Shown here piece by piece: positions 1-7,792 of a stretch of 36,044 nucleotides of DNA. The notes beneath the pieces are model-generated. The model was not told the DNA's origin. It made no database searches and saw only the letters and a program-made list of their open reading frames with translations. The first letter of the stretch is position 1. The number at the start of each line of letters is the position of its first letter. The translations under genes were made by a program, and so were the position numbers. Source of the DNA: Candidatus Undinarchaeales archaeon (GTDB lineage Archaea; SpSt-1190; JASMDC01); assembly GCA_030753015.1 (NCBI GenBank), contig JASMDC010000035.1, positions 1 through 36,044 on the forward strand. The letters run 5' to 3'.

Positions 1-62
1 CCATGCAGATTTCCCTTTCGACTCCATCCCCTCCCTCTCGTAAGGGGACTTCCCGTCGAAAC

Positions 63-80
63 AAAAAAGAGTTAAATATA
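63..80 (+). promoter_or_regulatory. Archaeal-type promoter (purine-rich BRE + TTAAATAT TATA box) for the giant NlpC/P60 protein gene
   Basis: AAAAAAGAG-TTAAATATA at 63-80, an AT-rich island in GC-rich DNA about 65 nt upstream of ATG 144. Confidence 0.55.
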
Positions 81-143
81 CGACGAACCATAGAATTTTC
101 ATTGAACAGGGGGTGCTCCGTCGGTCGACGGGGCGATGGGACG

Positions 144-3100
144 ATGGCTGGACGTATAGTTCGATCGGCAGCGGTGTTGCTCTGCGCATGGCTCGTACTT
201 GTCGCCATCGCTGCGGACGCTCCCGCTGGCAGCGATAACGTGTGCTGCGAGGGGTCCAGCGGCGCAAGCATGGCCACGCGCCAAGAGTGCACGTCCGGTG
301 GTGGTAAGGTCTCGTCCGACACGGTCCAGGCCCCCGCGAAGCCCGAGGACGATCTCATCTCCGGCAGCGGGACGGGTCCTGCTCCCCTGAACGTCGAGGA
401 CCTCAATTGCGACTCGTCCAAGATGGGCAACATCGATGCCCGTAACATGTGCGAGCATCTCAAGAAGATGGGCTCGTCCTACGATAGCATAGACGGTTTC
501 ATGTTCGGCAAGGACGGGACGGGAGGTCTTATGGGCCACCTGGAGGAGCTGCACGCCGCGCTCGTCAAGCAGTGCGCCAACTGCACCGATACGCACAAGG
601 ACTTCCAGGCGACCACGTACGATGACTGCGCCAAGACCGGCGGCGGTCGCGCCGGGAACCTCGCCTTCGATATCAATGCCATCGCCGCGGCCACCACCGA
701 CCAGTTCGGACCTGCCATCTGTGATGATGCGGGGAAGTTCGTCTGCCTCGCCAACGACGCTCGCAAGTGCATGGCCCGCGAGGGGAGTAAGAGCGGTGCG
801 CTCGAGGGCGCCCGCCAGTGCGGTGTATGTGTGGTGGTATCCTGCTGCGCGGGGAAGAAGGTCCTGCCCGGCGGGTTCGAGGACCCCGATGCCGCGGCCG
901 GAGCGTGCAACGAGGACAAGATAAATCCGAAGGAGGGTCCGTGCCCCGATTCCCGGACGTGGGAGTGCACCGTCAAGGACGGGCCTCTGAAGAAGAAGCA
1001 GAAGGACGATCTTGGGATCCATGGCGCCCGGGGCCTGTGCGATAAGCCCAGTGCCGCCGCCTCGTGCTCGAAGACGGGCCAGGGGAAGCCGCCTGCGGGG
1101 TGCACGTCCGCATCGTCCGGTGCCTGCTCATTGACGGGCAATCCTACCAGATGCAAAAATAAGATCTGGGGCGACAGCCCGTCCACCGATTCGGGGAAGA
1201 GCGACAACTCGGCGATGAAGTGGTGCGTGGACGACGGTGGCGACAAGAAGCGCCGACCGGCCATATGCAAGTACAAGGACGCGTGCAGTGGATGCAAATG
1301 GGAGGAGGGCGGCCCCAGCGAAACGCGCAGCAAGGACTACGACAAGAACGTCCTCGAATGCTACGGTTACAAGGACGCCAATCCCAGGTGCGAGCAGGAG
1401 GGTATCAGCGAGGACGAGGTGAAGAAGCACACATACTGCTTTGCCAACACCGACCAGTACCACCGGTACACGTGCGACAAGGACGGGAACTGCAAGGACA
1501 GGGACTCCGTGAGCGCCGTGGTGGAGGTGACGCCCGCGGAGAACGCCGTCGTGCTCCCTGCTGCCCTCGCCGAGTGCCAGGTGCGGGTGGCCAACCTCAA
1601 GGACGTGTGCACCGTCTCGGGCTCTAAGACCTTCGGCAAGGGCGGGACCGATATTACCCCCTGTGCCCTGGCCCCGATCGTCAAGGAGATGATGGAGTAC
1701 ATCGAGAACTTCCACTACCGTTACCTGGGCTCGGGAGGCGTGAAGGACCAGATCCAGACCATGTGGGGCAAGCTGAAGTGCAAGGGCGAGCTGGGCGGCC
1801 CCGGGGTCGATCCGAAGGCTGCGATGAAGGGGGGCGGGACGGACAACGGCCAGGTCGCCACCCAGGTGGCCGCGGACGAGAAGAAGAAGGAGGAGGAGCG
1901 GGCCAAGAAGGGCTCGGCCGACTCCAGCGCCATCGTCAGCGAGGCGAACACCTGGAAGGGTACGCCTTATGTGTTCGGAGGGAACACCCGCAGGGGTATC
2001 GACTGCTCCGGGTTCACCCAGCAGGTCATGCGCAAGAACGGCGTGAACATCCCACGGACGGCGGCCAGCCAGTGGGCGGCCTGCCAGCGTAGCGGCGGGA
2101 CGTACGTGAGCGCCAACGAGCTCCAGTCGGGCGACCTCCTCTACTTCCAGAATACCTACAAGAAGGGCGTCAGCCACACGGGTATCTACGTGGGCAACGA
2201 CCAGTACGTCCACGCACCCAAGACAGGTGACGTGGTGCGGACCGTGCGGTTCTCCACCTCGCGGCACTACAAGAGCCACTGGAAGGGCGCGTGCCGGTTC
2301 ACGGGCCTGAAGGGCGGCAGCCCGCCGGGCGGGACCACGGGCACGGGAGCCACGCCCGAGCAGATCAAGGCGAACACCATCACCACCGAGATGCGCACCG
2401 TGGGCTCGCTGCGGAAGGAACAGGCCGAGTTCGGTATCGGGATGAAGGAGTTCCAGGGCCGGGTGAAGAAGCTCATCACCCTCGCCAAGGCCGAAAAGGG
2501 GCTGCATTGGGACATCACGACCAAGCACGACGACTTCGGCAAGGCATTCGATCCGGCGACCTTCGTCACCAAGGAGGGCCACCTCCGGCCCACGATGAAC
2601 TCCGGCAAGGACAAGGACGCGCCCATGTACGAGGGGTACGCCTGGTCGATCGCCAAGGAGGACGAGACGTTGTGCCAACTGGAGGCCTCCAAATGCAAGG
2701 ACGCTGATGGCGGCGCCCTCGCTGACACCGAGAAGGCGCGGACCAAGCTCATCGAGCGGACCAAGGCCGCCGTGGAGAAGGACTGTAAGGGCTGCCACCT
2801 CCTGCCCCAGGTCATCGGCAAGTGCAAGAACCCGTCGAAGGCATGCCGGTCCGAGAAGGACAAGTGCGTGGAGGACGGGCTCTCCTCGTCCGTGGACTTC
2901 GACCGCCATCGCAACACGGACGCCTGGGGCGGCTCTGCGCTCAAGACCGTGGAGAACCTCAAGGGACTGCCCGACGAGGTGTTCACCAAGATCGACGGGT
3001 GCTACGATTACGCCATCGACAAGGTCGATCCCGCCCAGGAATGCAAGGGCAAGAACGACGGGTTCAAGTGCTCCGACGGCAAATGCTGCTCGGGCGAGTG

Positions 3101-6032
3101 CACCGATGCGACTGCGTGCAATGCGTACGGTCCCTCGGGCCCCGGCGGTCCCGGCCAGCAACCACCCGGCGGTCCCGCGCCCAGCCCCACTCCGCCCCCG
3201 GGTGAGGAGGAGGGAATGCCCGGTGGCGAGGAGGAAGAGCCGCTTCCCGGAGAGGAAGAGGGAGAGGAGCCTGGCGAGGAGGAAGAGGAAGATCCCGACG
3301 AGGAGGAAGAGGAAGATCCCGGCGAAGAGGAGGAAGAGGGTCCGGACGATCCCGAGGCCCGCCTCTCGTGCCACGATGCACGGCGCACCGATCCCTGCAC
3401 GCTCGACGACGAGGACGGATTGTGCTGCACCGGCGACGACAAGCTCTACTGCCTGGCTGGTGCGGACGAGTGCCCGGACGACCCGACCTTCGCCCAGGAG
3501 TGCGAGGGCCAGGACGACGGTGCTCCCTGCTTCGAGGAGCGCGGGAAGCCACAGGGCATTTGCTGCGTTCCGACGGACGGTGACGTGTCCGTATGCCGGC
3601 TCGGCGCATCCTACTGCCGGACGCGCTTCGACGAGGAGGACCTGGACGCCACCAATCCCGTCGAGTGCAACGAGGCCTGCCAGCAGTGCTTCGACACACC
3701 CAACTCACACTGCCAGGCCCGTGCAGGGGTCTGTGTGTGCGAGATGGGACGCGAGTGGCGGACCACCGGTCAGAAGTGTCCACAGAGCGTCCCCCCGCCC
3801 ATGAACGCCCGCTACCAGGCGTGCTGCGAGGCGCTGTTCGCTGACGTGCTGGTGATCGAGCCGCCCGAGGCCATGGACGGGCCCTTCATCGAGGGTGACG
3901 CGACCTACGCGGCAGGGACCGCCGTGACCCTCCGACTACGGAACCCGGACGCGTCATCGGTCCATGTGTGCGGCGAGTGGTGGCGCGCGTTCGCCTCCGT
4001 CGAGGGCTGGACCGAGGTGCAACAGGTAGAGAAGGACCTCCCTGTCGGGTGCATGGCCGTGCCATCGAGCGCCGCCGTAAACTGGGACCTGGAGGGCGTC
4101 ATCGACGAGGAGGACGAGCCCGGACCGCTGGGGGTCGGGAGCTACAAGGTGGAGATGTGCTACTGTACCGCGGTGGCCGGTGATGACTGCCTGACGGGCG
4201 CACGGCGGTGCGTCGAGCACAGGTTCCGCGTCGTGGACCCCGGGTCCACCTTCGGCGAGGGTGACCTGTCCATGTGCATGACGCCGTCGGGGCTCACCAC
4301 CGGCGTCAGCTACGACCGGTGCCGCACCGTCAGCTCGGGCACGGGATTCTGCTGCTCTCTAGGGTTCGAGGAACGGGCCCTGCCCCTGGACTGCAGCGGT
4401 GTCGAGGACGGGTACGAGGACCCGGTGCTCGACGAGTGCAACGTGCGGAACCCGGGAGAGACGCGGCTGGCCGAACGCTGCCGCGACCTCGCCCTGGAGG
4501 AGGACGTGGCCTGCGAGGAACGGTGCCTGGCCGATAACCCGGGACAATCCTCACAGGAGGTCTGCCTCCGCGACGAGTGCGGTGCTGACCCCCTCCTCAC
4601 CGAGCGTCTGGTCGGGTGCGGACCCTACGAGGAGTGCCTTAAGGTGGAGAAGGCCCTCCATCCCGACCTCAAGGTGACCGTGGACATGGTGAGGGGCAGT
4701 GAGTTCTCCACCACCTTCTACGCGGGTGAGCCCGCTCAGGTCGAGGTGGGGGTGTACAACGCCGGTCAGTTCGGCTTCTCGGGCGCAGTTGAGACCGCCA
4801 TTATCAACCTTGTCGCGTGCGACTGCCCGACCTGTCCCGCAGGCTACACATGCGATTGCGAATGCCAGGAGGAGCGCACCGCCACGGCAACCCGCGAGCT
4901 CACGCTCCTCCGACCGGGAGAGACCTTCCTGTACCGCACCGACACCATACCGCTCGCAGAGTCCCTGGCCAACGGGACCGTCCAGCCGGTAGCGACGGTG
5001 GCCCGGACCGGTTCGCCCGTGGCCGAGGCCCGGGGCGAGCTCGTCCACGTACTGGAGATGGGACAGCTGGAGGTCACCGAGGCCTGGTTCGAGATGGGCG
5101 GTGAGCGTGCCACAAGCGCCTATCCGGGCGCGGAGATAACTGGTATGGCCGAGCTATCCTCGCAATGGTTCCCGCTGAACGTGAGCCTCTACCTGGAGAT
5201 CGATGGTGTCGAGATCGAGGGCACCCGCACTACTGTGGAGGTCACTGAGCCCGTTAGCAGCCTGTCCATGACCACCCTACCCTGGGAGGTGGCCGCCGAT
5301 AGGATCGATGCGTTGGCACGCATGGGTGTCGAGGTGGTATCCCCTGACGGCGACGTCCTCATGAAGCGGACGCTGCTCGAGCAGGGGACGGGAGCAGCGG
5401 ACTGCGGTGGTTCGGTGATGACCACCGCCTGCTACGAGGGCAGGGGGAGCGTCCTCCGTTCCTACCCCGCAGGCTTCCTGGAGGTGCGACCCCTCAGGCT
5501 CCGCGTGACGGACGCGTACTTCATGAACCCCGACGGGAACGCTGTCAACACCCTCTACGAGGACACCGAGATGCGGGCCGTGGTGGTCGTCGACAACGGC
5601 GCCCCCCTCGCCTTCACCGGCGTCCTGGAGGCCATAGTCGCCGGGGACGACGGGGCCGATGTGGCCCAGGGACATGCCCTGGTCGATACCGAGCTCCCGG
5701 CCCGTGGTGGCACAAAGCGTCTAGAGACGCCATCGTTCCAGGCCACCAGGGGCTCGACCTACACCATCCGCGTCCGTGCGGCGGGGACGGACGGTACCGT
5801 CTGGAACGACCAGCTCGTCAGCAAGTATCTCTTTCCCCACGGGACGCTGGTGGTGATCGACGAGGAGGAGGTGGCCGACGAGCGCAACGACATCAGCACG
5901 CACCTCATCTTCACGGCGTGCGAGGTGCGGGTGTCGTGCGGAGCGTGCCTGCCGGTGTGCGAGCTCCATGTGGACCCTACGACCTGTTCCCTCTCGACCC
6001 AGCACTGCGGGTGCGAGTGCAAGCTCAGCTAG
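144..6032 (+). CDS. Giant secreted Cys-rich protein (1962 aa) with internal NlpC/P60 (C40) peptidase domain, acidic linker and C-terminal Ig/CARDB-like beta domains
   Basis: The ORF track starts at 3, but ATG 144 gives a signal peptide (MAGRIVRSAAVLLCAWLVLVAIAADA) downstream of a TATA box. NlpC/P60 motifs GTPYVFGG..GIDCSGF..IPRTA..GDLLYF..SHTGIYVG..VHAP at ~1923-2300. No obvious C-terminal TM anchor. Confidence 0.85.
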   Translation: MAGRIVRSAAVLLCAWLVLVAIAADAPAGSDNVCCEGSSGASMATRQECTSGGGKVSSDTVQAPAKPEDDLISGSGTGPAPLNVEDLNCDSSKMGNIDARNMCEHLKKMGSSYDSIDGFMFGKDGTGGLMGHLEELHAALVKQCANCTDTHKDFQATTYDDCAKTGGGRAGNLAFDINAIAAATTDQFGPAICDDAGKFVCLANDARKCMAREGSKSGALEGARQCGVCVVVSCCAGKKVLPGGFEDPDAAAGACNEDKINPKEGPCPDSRTWECTVKDGPLKKKQKDDLGIHGARGLCDKPSAAASCSKTGQGKPPAGCTSASSGACSLTGNPTRCKNKIWGDSPSTDSGKSDNSAMKWCVDDGGDKKRRPAICKYKDACSGCKWEEGGPSETRSKDYDKNVLECYGYKDANPRCEQEGISEDEVKKHTYCFANTDQYHRYTCDKDGNCKDRDSVSAVVEVTPAENAVVLPAALAECQVRVANLKDVCTVSGSKTFGKGGTDITPCALAPIVKEMMEYIENFHYRYLGSGGVKDQIQTMWGKLKCKGELGGPGVDPKAAMKGGGTDNGQVATQVAADEKKKEEERAKKGSADSSAIVSEANTWKGTPYVFGGNTRRGIDCSGFTQQVMRKNGVNIPRTAASQWAACQRSGGTYVSANELQSGDLLYFQNTYKKGVSHTGIYVGNDQYVHAPKTGDVVRTVRFSTSRHYKSHWKGACRFTGLKGGSPPGGTTGTGATPEQIKANTITTEMRTVGSLRKEQAEFGIGMKEFQGRVKKLITLAKAEKGLHWDITTKHDDFGKAFDPATFVTKEGHLRPTMNSGKDKDAPMYEGYAWSIAKEDETLCQLEASKCKDADGGALADTEKARTKLIERTKAAVEKDCKGCHLLPQVIGKCKNPSKACRSEKDKCVEDGLSSSVDFDRHRNTDAWGGSALKTVENLKGLPDEVFTKIDGCYDYAIDKVDPAQECKGKNDGFKCSDGKCCSGECTDATACNAYGPSGPGGPGQQPPGGPAPSPTPPPGEEEGMPGGEEEEPLPGEEEGEEPGEEEEEDPDEEEEEDPGEEEEEGPDDPEARLSCHDARRTDPCTLDDEDGLCCTGDDKLYCLAGADECPDDPTFAQECEGQDDGAPCFEERGKPQGICCVPTDGDVSVCRLGASYCRTRFDEEDLDATNPVECNEACQQCFDTPNSHCQARAGVCVCEMGREWRTTGQKCPQSVPPPMNARYQACCEALFADVLVIEPPEAMDGPFIEGDATYAAGTAVTLRLRNPDASSVHVCGEWWRAFASVEGWTEVQQVEKDLPVGCMAVPSSAAVNWDLEGVIDEEDEPGPLGVGSYKVEMCYCTAVAGDDCLTGARRCVEHRFRVVDPGSTFGEGDLSMCMTPSGLTTGVSYDRCRTVSSGTGFCCSLGFEERALPLDCSGVEDGYEDPVLDECNVRNPGETRLAERCRDLALEEDVACEERCLADNPGQSSQEVCLRDECGADPLLTERLVGCGPYEECLKVEKALHPDLKVTVDMVRGSEFSTTFYAGEPAQVEVGVYNAGQFGFSGAVETAIINLVACDCPTCPAGYTCDCECQEERTATATRELTLLRPGETFLYRTDTIPLAESLANGTVQPVATVARTGSPVAEARGELVHVLEMGQLEVTEAWFEMGGERATSAYPGAEITGMAELSSQWFPLNVSLYLEIDGVEIEGTRTTVEVTEPVSSLSMTTLPWEVAADRIDALARMGVEVVSPDGDVLMKRTLLEQGTGAADCGGSVMTTACYEGRGSVLRSYPAGFLEVRPLRLRVTDAYFMNPDGNAVNTLYEDTEMRAVVVVDNGAPLAFTGVLEAIVAGDDGADVAQGHALVDTELPARGGTKRLETPSFQATRGSTYTIRVRAAGTDGTVWNDQLVSKYLFPHGTLVVIDEEEVADERNDISTHLIFTACEVRVSCGACLPVCELHVDPTTCSLSTQHCGCECKLS
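3201..3344 (+). repeat. Six tandem 24-nt (8-aa) acidic repeats, consensus GEEEEEDP, in a Pro/Glu linker
   Basis: GEEEGMPG GEEEEPLP GEEEGEEP GEEEEEDP DEEEEEDP GEEEEEGP read directly; units 4 and 5 differ by one nucleotide. Confidence 0.85.
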
Positions 6033-6225
6033 CAACCGGACCTATCGGGTATAAGATAAGAACGCAGAGAGACCGGGGAAGCCGGTGAAGAGCTAGCCAC
6101 GGAAGCGCTCTGAGGTCGCCCCCGATCCCCCTGCGATTAAATATTACGATTAGTCTATAGGTCGCTCTGCTATATAACCATTGTCATGGCGGACAGCATA
6201 CGTCGCGGACGAGAGCTCCCGGGAC

Positions 6226-7680
6226 CTATTTCGTTTCCTGGTCGCGCTCCAGCTCTTCGCGCCAGAGCCGAGCCGTGGCCTTGATGTGCCCCACGCTGTC
6301 GCCCAGTGTCGTCCAGTTCTCGGGCACCTGCCCGTCGTAGCGCTCACCTGTCCGCAGGACCAGGTCCTCGATGCCCTCGGCGACCTTTTCCAGTTCACCG
6401 GCCTCAGCGGGATCTGTGATGTTCTCGATGGCGTCGTCCCAGTCGCGACCGGTCCATACCTCGAGGGCGTGGGTCAGCGCGGCCACGTAGCCCTCACGCT
6501 TCACCTCCAGCTCCTCCCGGACCACCTTGTCGTGCCCCTGTGAGTACCCGTGCATCCGCTCGAGCGCACCGGTGTTCTCGACACGGAGCACCTCGAACAC
6601 GCGCGAGTAGTCAGCGTTGCGCTCCACCAGCTCGTCGAACACCGTGGCATCCTGGGCGTACACCCGGGCCATGGTGTCGGTGACCTCGTCGATGTCCTCG
6701 AGCATCTTGAAGGCTGCGTTCCCTGCCACCAGCAGCTCCTTGCCCTCGATCTCCTTGTTGGTGAGGGTGCCCAGCTCGTGGACATTGAGCCGGGTCATGA
6801 GGTCGGACACGCCCTCGTAGACGTCCTCGACAGCTCCCTTGTAGGGATCGAGCGCACCATCGAAGCTGGAGCGGAACACCTTCTTACCGATGGTCTTCCA
6901 CACCTTCAGGCCATCGCCGCCGTCCGCTTCGTTCTTGGTACGCCGCAGCGACTCCACGAGGTAGGTGTTGAAGTCGGCGGGGACGGTGAAGTCCAGCGCC
7001 TTCTGGGGGAGTGGGATGACGACATCGGCGTTCTGTGTCTTGCCGAAGCGCTCGGTCTTCACGTCCGAGAGCTGGAGATAGCCATCGCTGTAATCAGTGA
7101 GGATGCCACGGTACTCGCGACCACTTGGGTCCTTGACGGCAACGCCGTACCCGACCAGGTGCTCAAGGTTATCGTCCCAGCTACCGCCGATGTTATCGAA
7201 CACAGCCTGAGCGCCCTCGGTGGTCACCGAGCCACCCATGTACATGCTGGCGCCCATGGAGGTGGCGCGGCTCACGGCGTTCACGGAGTTCGCCAGGGGT
7301 GCCTTGGTCCGGTCCCAGAACTTGTGGAGCCAGCCCCGACCCGTCCCATGCTGCACGAGCTTGGAGAGCTCGGTGTCGCGCTTGGCGAGCTTCTTGTCGC
7401 CCAGGTCCTGCTCGAACCGGGTGACGGAGTACACCTCGCTGGGGGAGTAGATGGTCTGGTTGGCGGCCACGTAGGAGCCGTTGACGTCGAGAAGGATGTT
7501 GTCGTGGTCGTCGATCTGGAGTACCTTGCCTCGGATCTGGTAGTCCTCCGAGGCGGTGTTGAGGGATACGTAATCACCGTCGAAGTCGCCAAGGCACCTG
7601 TCGGTGCCGTTGTACAGGAACCCGCGCGCCAGTAGACCGGCTGTTACCGCGCCGAGCACGAAATGACCTGGATCGAGCAT
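6226..7680 (-). CDS. Hypothetical membrane-anchored protein (484 aa) with two Sm/LSM-like beta segments and a helical acidic C-terminus
   Basis: Long ORF with GC3-rich codons, GGTGAT SD at 7686-7691 and upstream TATA box; N-terminal hydrophobic segment; segments RGKVLQIDDHDNILLDV and LVGYGVAVKDPSGREYRGILTDYSDGYLQLSDV. Confidence 0.75.
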   Translation of the reverse strand: MLDPGHFVLGAVTAGLLARGFLYNGTDRCLGDFDGDYVSLNTASEDYQIRGKVLQIDDHDNILLDVNGSYVAANQTIYSPSEVYSVTRFEQDLGDKKLAKRDTELSKLVQHGTGRGWLHKFWDRTKAPLANSVNAVSRATSMGASMYMGGSVTTEGAQAVFDNIGGSWDDNLEHLVGYGVAVKDPSGREYRGILTDYSDGYLQLSDVKTERFGKTQNADVVIPLPQKALDFTVPADFNTYLVESLRRTKNEADGGDGLKVWKTIGKKVFRSSFDGALDPYKGAVEDVYEGVSDLMTRLNVHELGTLTNKEIEGKELLVAGNAAFKMLEDIDEVTDTMARVYAQDATVFDELVERNADYSRVFEVLRVENTGALERMHGYSQGHDKVVREELEVKREGYVAALTHALEVWTGRDWDDAIENITDPAEAGELEKVAEGIEDLVLRTGERYDGQVPENWTTLGDSVGHIKATARLWREELERDQETK

Positions 7681-7728
7681 AATGCATCACCATTAATCTG
7701 TGAGTGATAGACCGCGCTCCGAAGCCTG

Positions 7729-7744
7729 TATTTATAGTTTCCCC
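7729..7744 (-). promoter_or_regulatory. Archaeal promoter (GGGGAAAC BRE + TATAAATA) for the 484-aa gene
   Basis: Reverse complement of 7729-7744 reads GGGGAAACTATAAATA, about 50 nt upstream of ATG 7680. Confidence 0.65.
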
Positions 7745-7792
7745 TGATGGTCTATCCCGGGGGAAGACGGTGCAGGGCCCCACCGTTCCGGC

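Noticed and set aside
3-143. 47-aa N-terminal extension of the 2009-aa ORF
   Set aside because: It spans the TATA/BRE element and would bury the signal peptide; ATG 144 fits better
537-554. HLEELH as a possible zinc metalloprotease motif
   Set aside because: Spacing does not match HExxH and no supporting motif is visible
99-6035. Long antisense and alternate-frame ORFs (e.g. 1128-3374 minus, 2707-3804 plus)
   Set aside because: Shadow ORFs expected in GC-rich coding DNA; no motifs, and they overlap a well-supported gene. The same applies to shadow ORFs across the window.
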